A stretch of 64,000 nt of DNA from Neodothiora populina (Eukaryota): positions 1,736,001 through 1,800,000 of the forward strand of contig NW_027191417.1 in assembly GCF_041146345.1 (NCBI RefSeq), given 5' to 3'. Every line of letters starts with the position of its first letter. The first letter of the stretch is position 1. The notes below the pieces were generated by a model. The model had not been told where the DNA came from. It did not search any database and saw only the letters and a program-made list of their open reading frames with translations. The position numbers and the translations under genes were made by a program. Shown one piece after another: positions 35,753 to 48,557 of the stretch.

Positions 35753-36802
35753 TCACTGACGGTCAAGCGCCAACAACGTATCAATACACAACTGATACGC
35801 CTCATCCCTAGCCTTCTCCTCAACACTTCCAGGCTTAGGCGCCTTGTCGAAAGCATGATTACACTTCTCCATGCGCTTGACGACGACCTTCCTCTCACTG
35901 GCTTCTCCTCCTGCCACGATGAGTCTATCCGCGAACCTCTCGCCCTCAGGCCCCAGACTGTCGCCCGCGGCAGTGATGACAAGTACGGTCCCGGGGTACC
36001 CGCTCATGTCGTCGACGTACATGGGCGACAGTCTGGGGTCTTTCCGGTCCGTGTCGGGCGGCATGTACATGTCATAGAGGAAATCGCTCATGCCGGGGGA
36101 TATGGCGGGGTCCATGGACTCGTCGAAGCCCTTTTTCTTTTCGCTGCCGGGCATGCTCATTTCCGTGCACGGGTAGAAGACCAGAGTCGCGCGGAAGGTG
36201 TCGCGAGGGATCGAGGGGATGGCGTCGCAGGATGAGGCGACCAGGGCGTAGTTTCCGCCTGCGCTGAAGCCTGATATCGAGAGTTTGGACGTGTCGAATG
36301 TCGGGTATGAGGTGCTGCAGGACGGGGACAGGACCCATTGGATCAGGTCCTCTACGTCGTGGACGCCGGCTGGGAAAGGGTGCTCGGGCGCCAGGCGATA
36401 GGGACAGTCGAGGACGATGTGCTGCGTGCGCGAAGACATGAGGCGGCAGAAATCGTCGTCTTCGCCGTGACGCGGGAGCGTGAAGCCGCTGCCGTGGTAG
36501 TTGATCAGGATCGGGTATTTGGTCTTTGCCGCTTGCTCTGTCTTCTCTTCTGCCGCTTCGCCCCGAGCTTCGGGTGATGCTTGCGTGAGCTCAGGCGGAT
36601 AGTATACATTCACGCTCATCGTCCGTCCTTCGGAGCGTGTGGGCACTTGGATAGTGGCATCTGGGTGAGGGTTTGGAGGCCCGCTTACGACGTTTATCGT
36701 CGTTCGCATCGCCAGCGCTGCGGCCTTGTACTTTGCGTATGTGAACCAGCCGAACTGCTGTTGCGGTTGCTCTTCTCCTATAGACTGCTCTGTCGTGGAC
36801 AT
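35753..36802 (-). CDS. Alpha/beta hydrolase (HSL-like esterase/lipase)
   Basis: HGSGF oxyanion motif, YRLAPEHPFPA, GFSAGG nucleophile elbow, D and HAF catalytic positions. Confidence 0.9.
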   Translation of the reverse strand: MSTTEQSIGEEQPQQQFGWFTYAKYKAAALAMRTTINVVSGPPNPHPDATIQVPTRSEGRTMSVNVYYPPELTQASPEARGEAAEEKTEQAAKTKYPILINYHGSGFTLPRHGEDDDFCRLMSSRTQHIVLDCPYRLAPEHPFPAGVHDVEDLIQWVLSPSCSTSYPTFDTSKLSISGFSAGGNYALVASSCDAIPSIPRDTFRATLVFYPCTEMSMPGSEKKKGFDESMDPAISPGMSDFLYDMYMPPDTDRKDPRLSPMYVDDMSGYPGTVLVITAAGDSLGPEGERFADRLIVAGGEASERKVVVKRMEKCNHAFDKAPKPGSVEEKARDEAYQLCIDTLLALDRQ

Positions 36803-38863
36803 TGTGGCGGTTGCTCTGTGATCAGCTCTTTGTTCTGTGGGGTGGTCGTATGATGTATCACTTTGCTTGTTAAATCGCTAACAAGGTAAGTATACTGCTG
36901 TCGGTAAGCTCAAGTGGCTGTCCTGTTCACTGGAGCGAGTCTATATATTTTCCTAGCGCAGCCGTTCACGACGATGTAAGACAATTTCATCAAGACCGGT
37001 CAACAAGCTCATATGACAGCTAGTGCACGCACAAACCAACCAATCACGTCAGCATAAATCAGGTCTATTGCTATCACTCTATGAACCGCCTCAAGCAGAT
37101 CAATCTGTTGTGGAGTACCTAGCTGTGTAGCTTAGCTTACTGTAGCTTTTCCAAAGTATCATTGTAGTAGTGGATGGACATAGATATTATTGTAGTGCAT
37201 CATCGACGCGGTCGGTGGGGGTTCAATCGTCCAAAGATGACGTTTCGTCGGAGATACTAGGTGCCCAGCAGGCTACAGTAACTCCGAGGCTCGATTGTTG
37301 TGCGGTCGCGGCTGCTTTTCTTTGTCTCTGTTGTGGTCCTAGGAGTATATCGACACGGCTCTATCGTAGGGCCATGGACCTCTTGTTGTATAGTGCGAAC
37401 GCTGTCTTCATAGCCTCCTCAGGGACGCGACGAGAGGTATGCTCACGTGATTGAAGACTGAGCTGAGGCTCTCGAAAGCAGCTGCGATTGAATGTAGAAG
37501 TGGCTCGTAAACAATCAAGCAGCACAATTGCTAAAATAGGTCAAAGCACTCTACCACGACCCAGTACGAACGTGAAACCCAAGAGACGGATCGAACAACA
37601 TAGATGATAGTAAATCACACAAGCGCATTCGGTGACAGCTTCACTCACTTGTACTCGAACCTGTGTATCTGCGTTATGTAGTACTGCACCTTAGATGACT
37701 TGGCCTCACTCTTCCATCCCAATCCTGCATTAGATGCATTTGTGCCTGCATTCCCTCGTGCCACGACATGTATCGCTGATCTACACGCGCAGCTGCAGGA
37801 CAGACACACGCGCACGCATGCATGCAATTCTCCCACGTGCGTACCTCATGGTCCTGAGGCAGGAACCCGCTTGATACTCCCCCTATCGTCCTCGAGAGCT
37901 TCACAGTGTTAGGAATATACTATTGCGATGAGTCATCATTGAACAAATAAGACCGACAGCAAGGGTGAGAGTAGAGAGTAGCAGAAACACATTACAGATT
38001 CAAAGCATTATATACAGAGACAGACGGAAGAGTGAAACGACTACTACTTCCGACGACCGAAACAGCAACATGATGAAGATTGCTGATCGGATATGTGTGT
38101 GTACGTGTGTTGCGTAGGATGGTAAAGGAAAACATTTCGACAAAGCAAAGAAGTTGCGCGGCAAAGGTGAAACAGCAGCTGGAAATTTATCCCAGGCAAA
38201 AGAGAGAAACAGATTGTAGTAGGTCATCAGTATAACAGCGGCAGAAAAGAAAAATAGAGAAAAGAACAGTCGCAGGCGTATGCCAGCAACGAAAAAACGG
38301 TATGATCCGTCAGAAGAAACCCATCATCAGGAAAGTAAGAAAACGGAAAGTAAACACCTTCCATATAAACAAAAGGACTTGAGTGTTGAAAATATTCCTC
38401 TGCAGACAACTTAGGCGATATGGCATACACGCAAATTCCTGCAGATGGTCCCTCATGGCATCGAAGTCGCAGACAGACATGTCCTCCTCACACAGGTCCT
38501 AGTAGAGCTGGGTCGCCGTGCTGAGATTGGTAACCACAACAGATGCTTGCAACGGTCATGTATGACTGTCAGAGCTTGCAAACTTTACAGTACATATGAA
38601 TTGCTTCTTCGGCACGAGCTGTTTCACTAATTTGCACTCGACCTCGTAACCGTAGAGGCGAGACGAGAATTGCTGGTGTGATTGTAAACGTATAGACTCC
38701 CACTTTGAGATGGGTTTATCAAATCCGGAAAATGGTAATCGAGAAGGTTGTTGTTGGCAGCGCACTTGATGTCCCCAGCGCGAAAAAGATAGATGACATA
38801 AAAAGTTCAAAACATGTCGCTATAGTCGACTTTGGCCCCCAGTGGCACGGGATGTGCTCTTCT

Positions 38864-40324
38864 CTAAGAGGAAGAGAAAACAAAGGTGGCGGTTCCAGAG
38901 CTCATGGAGACCTGAACAAGTTAGCGACATGTGTCATAAAAATGATTCCATAGACATACCGTGCATCCAGATCTGGTGTTGCAGTCGTTGTAGTTGGAGC
39001 CACTGCAGAACTGGCCGTTGGAGTATCTGCACTTGCCGCTCATGTTGCCATCAGTGGCCTCGATCTCAATGGTGAAGTCAAGCTCAGCAGAGGTGGTGGG
39101 GTAGTTCTGGAAGATGGACAACCATGCAGCACCGTTGCTGTAACCAACACCGAGGTTGACGGGAGCAAAGTTACCCCAGGGGTTGGCGTTGGAACCCCAT
39201 TGGCAAGCATCGTTGACGGAGACACCGGCAGGGTTGACGTAGTACTGGGCAGAAGTGGCGGAGTTTCCCCACTTGTAGTAGCTGGAGCCATCGGGACAGG
39301 TCAGGTTAGTGGTAGAGCCAGCCTCAGCAGAAAGGGGAACAGTCTCGGACTCAGTGCCTGTGACGGATTTGTTAGTCTTGCAGCGCGATGATTCACTTCA
39401 GGTATTGTTCTTACCAGGGTAATCGGTACGGCAGACGGCAGAGTCCTTCTCCATCTCGTTGCGAACAAGAACAGTGACGGCGGAAGCACCCTTGATACAG
39501 ATGGTGTCGTAGTCCTCGTTGGTCTTGAAAAGCTTGCCGTTCTTGCAGAGGAGTCCACCGACCGACTGGCCAGTAGAGCCCTGCTTCGTGGGCCATTGAG
39601 ACTTCTGGTAACCGGGAGGGCAGGCGTAGGAGCAGTAGTAGCCCTCCTTGCAGCAGCTGCCGTCGGTACATTGACCGCTGGCGATGGTCATGATATCAGA
39701 GAAACCCTGAAGAAGGCCCTCGCCAGGGTCCTGGATACCAGTCCAACCACCGAGACCAAGGTAGTCGAGGTGAATGGCACCGTAATCCGAGGGGAAATCA
39801 GAGCAGTCGATCTCTCCATCGGGAAAGGGAGTGTCCGCTCCAGAGCTGCCGGACGATGAAGTCGAGTAAGAAGCACTGGACGACTTTGCAGCGGCGGAGC
39901 TGGACGAAGTGCTGGACGAGTAGCTGGACGAGTAGCTGGACGATAAGCTGGACGAAGACGACCAGGCAGCGGAGCTTGACTGTGCGACCGAAGCGCTGGT
40001 GGCGAAAGTGGTGCTGGCGGCTGCGCTGCTGGACCAGCTCGAGACAGTCGAGGAGGCCGAGTAGGAGCTGGAAACCTCGCTGGCAGGCTGAGGGGCGCCG
40101 TTGGCCCAGATGAGAGTGCCGTTCTTGATGCCCTCCATGACCTCATCCTCGGAGATGGTCTGTCCGTTCAGAGAGTACATGACAACAGTAGGTCCGGGCA
40201 CGTAAGCAACATCGGCGACTGGGGTGGCTTCCTTCTTCTCATGAACATGTTGGTGGCCATGGCGGTGCTGAGTAGCGGCAGCAAGGCCAATGGCTGCGGA
40301 AAGAAGAACAATTTGGCTCTTCAT
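38864..40324 (-). CDS. SUN1: SUN-family secreted beta-1,3-glucanase (GH132)
   Basis: Signal peptide, Ser-rich linker, FPDGEIDCSDFPSDYGA, CSYACPPGYQKSQWP..QGSTGQSVGGLLC, CRTDYPGTE, TSAQYYVN; two introns; ends TFVFSSS*. Confidence 0.93.
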
Positions 40325-42188
40325 GATTCAACACTAAGGATTATATAATAATGATGGTTACTGTGGTTGGGCGAAAGGTCAAAGTGTCGAGGATCCGGTA
40401 ATGCGACGAGGTATGTCAAGTGGTGATTAGGTCGTTGTTGATAATGACGGTGGGCCTGTAAGGGAGTTTCGTGTTGGAAATGTAACGAGCGTGGGCGTGA
40501 ATTATCGCGGTGATTATTCCAAAAGAATGAATAGGAACGTCAATGGGTGATTGTTCCTGGTGGAATGTCCTGTGGTTAGGTGAGCGCTGGGCGGTGGGCG
40601 AAAGGACTGGATCCTACGACATGCGTACTTGCTTGAGACGGGTCGCGACAAAGAAGGAAAGAAGAGAATTAAAGGGAAGGTGCAAGTCTTGGGTCAAGAG
40701 AATTGGCGGTTTGAGAGGGGGGAAACGGAAACGACAGAAAGTTCCGGGAGCGCAACGGTTGATGTTGTGAAGACCGTTTGCTTCCAGTGTTGGGAGAATG
40801 GGTGAATCGAGAAGCCAGAAGCCAAAAATGAATAGTAGTGCAAGTAAGGTAAATGGACTCGATCGTCCCATTGTCTAATGCTACCTACCTTACAGAAAGG
40901 GGTAGGCGTACATGCCTACAACTGCCAAGCTAATCTCTTCGACCCGTCTGCCATGCAAATCGTCGGCACGTATCGCCATATGCACTGCCCTTCTTGCCAA
41001 TTGACTTCCTTCTGGGGGATGTGACTCGTAAGAAGCTCTGGAACTCATTGCCGGCTGTGTGAGTGATCTATGTGTTGCGTGCGTGGCGAGGTCGAGTGTG
41101 GTCTTTGCATGCATGCTATACTTCGGTCCAATATACCTTCTGCGTGACACCATCCTGTCAAGCGAGCAACAAATCGTGGTTGGAGATAAACAACAACGTC
41201 TCGGTCTTGTTTTTTGTTTACACCTTCCATCCATCCATTACAAGTTCACCTGTCTTTGTGATTGACGACATACTAATCGCATAGTGACGGCTAACGTTGT
41301 ATCTGGTGCACAAATGTCGACCACCAGAGAAACCGCGTGACACTGTCAATACATCTATCGAAGCAATAACATGCAGCTCGAGGTTGCGAAGGCAAAGAGA
41401 TGCAAATTTCCCCAAACAACGGCGCGATCAGCGACGGCGCGAAGTTTGTATGTGATCACTACCAATCAAAGTGATCTGCCACGCCTGCACAAACAGACTT
41501 GTTCCTGACTAATTTATGCAAGCCGAGCCAGAAACCCACCTGTATCTGAAATGTTGACGACCCTTTGTCTTTCTCAAGAGTCGAGCAAAAACGGTCAACA
41601 GATGCCGAAAAGTGACAGTAGCAGCAAGGCGGGCAAATGCATGCGGCATGCGGCAGACTATTGTACAATATATGTATACTTCTGGCATGACGGTCCCGTT
41701 CTCGAGCGATGCCTCGGCTGTGAGTGGATGCGAACTCCACACTTGTCCCTGTTTGCCATGCTTCCAAGATACTAAAATTGGCGAACATTCGTGGAATGTG
41801 TCCCTGCGCCCCAGAGGTTGATGCGGATCGACAAGTCTACCATTGAACGAGGGCAGTGTGTGTGGAGCTAATACGGCTGACGGCGCGGAGCGTCGAGAGT
41901 TTTTTTACTCAATAATGATGCCTGTCCGAATCGTCATCCGTGGCGTACATATAGACAAAAAACAGCAGCCCTAAAAGCCACCGTTTTACATCGGTATAGC
42001 AGGGGTCAAGTATCGAGAAGTGTATCACAACAACGAGGAAAAGAAGAAAAGGCTTAGCAACAACAGCAGCAGAGATCAACTCTGATGTTCATCTACAGTA
42101 AATTTGTCTCAGCTTTCGTCATCATCAACACGCACACGCACACGAGTTTGCCAGCCAGCCTCACGAGATCCTGAAATTGCAAATTGCG

Positions 42189-42242
42189 CTTCTTCTTCTT
42201 CTTCTTCTTCTTCTTCTTCTTCTTCTTCTTCTTCTTCTTCTT
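42189..42242. repeat. (CTT)18 microsatellite
   Basis: Direct reading. Confidence 0.95.
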
Positions 42243-43304
42243 CCTCCTCCTTCCCCGAGGGGGATGGCCAGAAAATCACCTGCTGTCACGATCATCAAGC
42301 ACATCAAGTACAGCACGACCTGCACATCCCTATATCCCTTTTGTTCGTGAGGTTAGCCCACACGCCAGTCGCGGGTCTTTTGGGGGCAGTGGCCAGTCTG
42401 ACTTTTTGTTTCGTTTTTAACTATGCTCGACGATGCGCAATCCGTGTTTTCCGACCACTTGTCGGACCTTGCGTGTATGTGTGCGCTCTCGAACGCATGC
42501 TCTTGTCCTTCTTGTTCTATGGGTTTTCATCATAATGTTGCTGCTTTAAATGTAGCATTTATATTCAGTATTTTTACTCCCCTCGCCGTACAGGACCGAG
42601 GCTTAGATGCCCTGCTATCTCATCATAACACGTTGATTGTTTTATTCAAGTGGATACGTATTGACTCAGCATGTAAAATAAAGCATCGATGATCCCTCTT
42701 AAGACAGCAGCTCGAGCTGGCACGAGTAGGTTGGAAAGAGCGGCACTCCTGCTGTAATCATGCTTGATATGGTGGACAGGGTCGCCCTACTTCGTGTCAT
42801 GTGCTACGTCTACGCGACCTGTTTATAAGCCCCGTGGCATCACTGTGTATCTTTTGGTGCCGAGTAGCATAATGGTATCGAGTACCTGCTGCTGTTACAT
42901 CATGCGTATTTGTCGCAAGATATGTTGCATCTTCAGAGTTCTAGTGATTATCTATACCTATAGGCATGGCATTGATAATGCAGTGAAACGCTCACATCAC
43001 TGCTGATTGAAGCTCAGCTACAAACCTCAAGACAAAACCTTTGAACCTCGTGCTTATGCCACTTTCTAATACTGTCCTTTGTCGCTCTATGAAGCAAATT
43101 TCAAGAAAAATAGGAGGCGGTGGGGGGTTGTATGCGAATTACAGTAGCCTGCTTTTGCCTGCCTCTTTGGTTTTTTCTTCCGAAAGCTTCGTCTCTCTCC
43201 TTCAATCGCATCGATATGTTCTTCCTCTCTCCACCTTTGCAAAATCTGCTGACACACTGACTGATACACCAAAGGAGATGATCTCTTCTTACTCTGGACC
43301 AGTC

Positions 43305-44807
43305 TTATCTTGCGCCTAGCTTCTCTAGAGCTCGAGCACCCTCCTCTTCCCACTCGGCCTTTGATATCCACATACTCTCCTTGTCGGCCATCTGCAGATG
43401 CAACATCAGCGATTGTATGTATAGTGTTAGAGTCGTCTTGACTTACAATGTTGGCGAGCACTGCGCCACCTAAAAACACCATGTGTCTTCTTCTCGGCGG
43501 GTCTTCTATTCTGACCTTGAATTTCTGTAGAGCACGTCAGCATCGTCGAAGCTTGTATGTCATAGAGAAGAAAGCTTACGCTCAGTCTCTCCGGGTTTCC
43601 TCCCAGTACCCTCGTCAACCACAGTTGCTTGAGCTCCTTCTCCAGTCGGCTTGGCAGACCGGGATACATGCTGCTACCTCCAGATAGAACAATTGCCTTG
43701 TACAAGCTGGATCGCACGTCGACGTCTGCTGCTTGGATGGTGTTGAAGAGGAACTCGGCGATACCAGGCTGTTCCACATCGACCAAGTGAGGCTGGAACA
43801 GACACTCTGGGGCCTCGAATCTCTCGGAGCCAACGCGGATGACACGACCGTCGGGAAGAGTGTATGACTCGACTAGCACGGTGGTGTCTTCGCTGAGCTG
43901 CTGATCCAGCGCGAGATCGTATGAGACGTAGCACAGCTTTTCCTTGATGGCTCTGACGGTCTCGAAGTCGGCGGTTCTGTTGAGAGCATACCCTCTTCGG
44001 AGGAGGAGCGAGATGAGGTTACGTGTGACATCTCTTCCGGCGACATCCAGTCTTCTCGTGAGATGGTTGAGCACGGTGCTCTCGTACACAGGGACGATAT
44101 GAGTGACGCCATCACCACTGTCGACAACAACACCAGAGGAAAGACCCTGGGCATAGAGTGCCAACACGGCCTGGATGGCAACATAGACACCGCCGAAGTT
44201 GTAGCGTTCGAACATGACTTGGGCCATCTGTTCTCGGTTGCGGAGGGGGTTCATGGGCGGTTCGGTGAGGAGGATCTTGCGGCCGGTAGGGTCGATCTTC
44301 ATCTTTTCGTAGAAAGTAAAGTCCCAGAGATGTTGCATATCGTCCCATCGTTTCACGATACCATTCTCCATCTGTGATTCGATGCTCGGTTAGTCTCGAA
44401 GGGGGCTCTTTCCAGACGACAACTGTTCTGCTTCTTTGCTAGGTTGGTAGGCGCATACAGGATAAGTGATTTGTAGCATTGACCTCGCAGCGGCTGCCTC
44501 GTCACCGCACATGATGTCCTTGAGCTGGATGTCTCCCGACGTCTGCTCTTCCGTTCGGAGGATGGGTCGGCCGACAATCGAGGGGAATTGGTGGTCCGGG
44601 AAGTTCTATAGACATGTCCGTTCAGTATTACTGTCAACTCTTCATCAGTGAGACACATGTCAGCTCCATACCTGACCGGCATAGCCAGCTTTGAGGAAAC
44701 CGGTACCTCCATCGAGAACTGCATAAGGTATACGCGTTAGCAAGCTGTCAGGGCAGGCAGCAATGCTGAAGGGACAGATGCAATGTACCAATTGGGAGCT
44801 CGGCCAT
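43305..44807 (-). CDS. ARP2: Actin-related protein 2
   Basis: [66 protein letters not shown]; five introns. Confidence 0.97.
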
Positions 44808-45209
44808 GTTTTGTGTTCTTCAGTGACAAGAAAGAGCAGAGAGGAAGCACAGCTCAAAGAGTGAGAGCCAATTCAAACAATCAACAAATGTCTTGATAGA
44901 TGGTATAGCACCTGACTTGACGACAGCCACGGTATGCAACTGCATCCACGAACCCCCAGCCGCCGCCCCGCTGGACGCTGGACGCTGGACGCCGGACGTC
45001 GGTGTCTGGTGCCAAGCCCCGCGTCATCCCAGCCCTGAGCCGACTCGCCAAGTCGCAGCCTCCCAATGGGGCAAAGGCGGTGAGTGGAAGCTTTTCGAAA
45101 TCGACCGACACACGGACCGAATCTTTCAGCCCTGCAGCCTCCGCGCTGGGGCTATATAAACCTGCATTTGCATCTTCCTCTTCCTCTCTTCTCTCTTCTT
45201 TCTTTTCTC

Positions 45210-45335
45210 ATCCAAGTGCACGGGCATTACGCGTATCAGTGAGGATTCGTCCGAGATCGTGTTTTTGCTAGTTGAAAACTATCAACTGACTGCTTCTGTT
45301 GGTCTTCGGATCGGCAGGGAATTTTTGAACAACTT
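45210..45335 (+). ncRNA. U4 spliceosomal snRNA
   Basis: ATCC..GTGCACGGG stem II strand, k-turn hairpin ATCAGTGAGGATTCGTCCGAGAT, stem I strand TTTTTGCTAGTT, 3' hairpin with cTTCGg loop, Sm site AATTTTTG; TATATAAA at ~45153. Confidence 0.92.
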
Positions 45336-45586
45336 ATCACATCTGATCTTCTTTTCTCTCTCATGAGTTTGGAGTTCTTTTCATTGATTGTCTCTGTTGC
45401 TTTGTCGCAACAGGAAATTGAAGAAGAGATTTGGCTACACGTATTTTGTGTTGGACGTAAGACGTGATGGGCACTATGTGTATACAAGCCGTGATCTATA
45501 TGCACGTATTTATATCCTTGTTGATAAGGTACACAACTGTCTAGCTCTGCTGATGGTGATGAGCTGGGTCAAAACAGAACGATCAT

Positions 45587-45626
45587 ATCAGTGTGCGAAC
45601 CATCACATCAGTGTGCGAACCATCAC
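45587..45626. repeat. Perfect 20-bp tandem duplication ATCAGTGTGCGAACCATCAC x2
   Basis: Direct reading. Confidence 0.9.
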
Positions 45627-45924
45627 AGTGGGTGTCAGAGTTCGTGACCCCTGATGCCACTGGATAAGCCCTCCGATCTTCGTTCTCTGCAGTTTGTATA
45701 CGGCTTTTGTGAGGGAAAGATGGAGCCAGTCTCTGATGTTAGGGTTCGCGACTTCCAACACCCACTGTGCATCAAAACCCGTGTTCGCAGGGGAAACGTG
45801 TCAAGTAAAAATATGCAGAACGTATAGTCATACAATTATTTATATAAATATATATAAATATACAAGATTATCAAGCTATGCTATGCATCGTAATTCGTGG
45901 ACTGGATATCAAAAAGGTTCGCGT

Positions 45925-47403
45925 TTAGAAGCCCTGGCGGTCGGTGCGACCCTCAAGACCGCGCTCGACCTCTCTGCCGGCCTCGTAGCCAGCGCCGTGG
46001 TTCTGGTGACCAGCACCAGTGACACCGCTGTTTTTACCGCCGAACTCGTTCCTGGTCTCGTTGAGTCCACTCTGGCCGAGACCACCCTGCTGGTGGTTGT
46101 GGTTGCCACTCAAGCTGTGCTCAGCGCCTCTAATCTCGTTGCTGGCACCGCTCAGACCGCCCTGGTGGTGGGTGTTGCTGGTGCTGAACTCGTTGCCAGT
46201 GCCGGTCAGGCCGTTGTTGCCAGTAAGACCGCCCTGGTGGTGCTTGTTGCTACCGAACTCGTTGCTGGTTCCGGTCAAACCGTTGTTGCCAGTAAGACCG
46301 CTCTGGTTGTGGGTGCCGGTCAAGCCATTGTTACCAGTAAGACCGCTTTGGTTGTGGTTACCAGTAAGACCACTCTGGTGGTGTGAGCCAGTACCGCTCA
46401 AACCGTCGTTGCCAGTAAGACCACTCTGGTTGTGAGTACCGGTCAGACCGTTGTTGCCAGTGAGGCCACTCTGGTGGTGGGGGCCAGTGCCGGTGAGGCC
46501 ACTGCTGCCAGTCAATCCGCTGTTGCCGGTCAGACCGCCCTGGTGGTGAGTACCAGTGCTGAATTCGTCGCGAGTACCACCAATTCCGTGCTGGGTGCTT
46601 CCGTGTCCACCACCGATGGTGTGAATGCCAGTTCCCGAGGAGTGCTCGGTCAAGCCGGCAATTTTCGAGGGGTTGACACCGCCGTTGAAGTCGTCTCTGG
46701 TAGGGTGGCCAGCGTGCTGGTCGAAATGCTCGGGGCCACCGAGACCACCAGTCTGGTGAAGTCCCTCGCCGTGAAGGTGGTCGCTGTGGTTGGTGTTGAA
46801 GCCTCCGTTGTTGCTGATGGGGTTGTGCGAGGGGGCATGGGTACCAGTGGTACCAGTGAGGCCGCTACCGTGAGTGCCACTGGTGGTGTTGCCGTATCCA
46901 GTAGTGCTGTCGAGGCCGGTACCGCGAGTACCAGTGAGGCCACTACCGTGAGTGCCAGTGGTGCCAGTGGTGCCAGTGAGGCCGCTACCGTGTGTGCCAG
47001 TGGCGGTGTTGCCGTATCCCGAGTTGTTGTCGAGACCGGTGCCCGTGGTGGAGTTGCCGTACCCAGGTGTGCTGTTGTGGGTGGTACCGTGAGTACCAGT
47101 GGTGGTGTTGCCGTATCTGAGATATACTGTCAATACCATGACCTTGAAAAAAACTTCTTTAACAGTGACTTACCCTGTGTTCACACCAGTTGAACCGTGG
47201 TTGTCCTTGGCTGCAGCACGCTCGTACTTGTCCTCAGCCTTCTCGGCCTTTTGCTCGAACTTCTCGGCCTTCTTCTCGTCCTTCAGCTCCTTCTTCTGGG
47301 AGCTGTCTTGTGCGGCCTTTTGCTCGAACTTCTCGGCCTTTTGCTCGTTCTTTGCCTCGGACTTGAGGTCTAGCTTCTCCTCGACTTTCTGTAGGAAACC
47401 CAT
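45925..47403 (-). CDS. Hydrophilin / dehydrin-LEA-like repeat protein
   Basis: Exon 1 K/E/A-rich (KAEKFEQKA repeats), intron ~47173-47119, exon 2 with GTHGSGLTG and HQSGLTGNNGLTGT repeats; TATATAAA next to AGGGG upstream. Confidence 0.8.
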
Positions 47404-48557
47404 GATTGTGATGTTGTGATTTGACTGTGAAAGAGTATTTGTGTTGTTTGTGTAAAGGTAGAAAGTTGCTTGATTGTGAACTGTGAATGTCTTCTGTGAT
47501 ATGGAATGAGAACCGAGATGAACGGTCCAAGACACCCCCTTTATATAACCATTCTCATGCTGCTTCACAACGAGATGCAGTCATACCTCACCTACCTGTG
47601 ATCCTGTTTTTTGTGGTCATCCCCGCTCTAAGTGATGCAATTTCTTGGCGATGGAGCAGAATGGGATGCGTTCCAGCTAGACGTTCGTCGTTTACAATTG
47701 TGGGGTTATTTTCCCTGTTATGCTCGACATCTGTACTGTATATGTCGCCATATCGACCATTCCTCCCAGCGATCACGCGCTCGGCTACCCCTCGACCAGT
47801 GCCTTTGCCGGTACCACAAGAACCGCCTCGGCCAGGAGATCATATTGCACTACTCATCTAATACCATTGAGACACTTGACCTACCTGTGAGGAGCATAAT
47901 TGCAATTCTCTACCGCTAACTAAAGGTGGATTACCTGACGTAGAGTTGCGTGGCTCGGTACGGCTTAGCGTAGGTCGGTCCCTGTTTTGGAGATGTGGTT
48001 CCTGGCTGAGCCCGGACATGATGGCCAAGCCGGCTTCTAGACTTTTGATCCACGCGCGTCATAAGGAGGCAATAAGCTCGGACTACTCACCAGCCACGAT
48101 CCAGAGGGCAACCCTGTCTGAGGGGGGTCATGTTTACATGCCATATGAGGCTGCGAGTACGTCAATCGAGGTTGTTTTCAGGTTTTGGAGCACTGTGAAA
48201 AATCGAAATCGGAAATTGCAGGTGCCACCGATCTGCAAGATCATGCTATTCTTTGCTGCGTTTGTGGCTTGCGTTATCCCGGGTTCGTAGCTTGTTTTCG
48301 ATCATCGTTGTTTGTAGGTAAGGTAGGATTAGCGAATGAGGTAATTCAGCCACAGTGTCTATCAAGTGGCACATTGTGCAGACAACCTGGAAGGACACGA
48401 GGGTGGGTAAGAGGGTACGGTCACATAGACTTCTCCAAGTAATGCTTGTCGTAATGCCAACAAGTCGTGAAACAGCCTAGGATCATCTTATCCGACTTAG
48501 ACTTTATCTGTGAAGAGTGATGTTTGTCATTTATGCATCGTAGCCAAGGTACTGTAT

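Noticed and set aside
36850..38860. Box C/D snoRNA or telomerase RNA in the long gap 3' of the SUN gene
   Set aside because: TGATGA motifs lack properly spaced CTGA partners, and no telomere-template sequence was seen
45587..45626. Tandem 20-mer as a CRISPR-like or mobile-element signature
   Set aside because: Two adjacent copies with no spacer in a eukaryotic intergenic region; simple slippage duplication
45694..47193. Long plus-strand ORFs (230, 138 and 253 aa)
   Set aside because: Antisense shadows of the repetitive hydrophilin coding sequence
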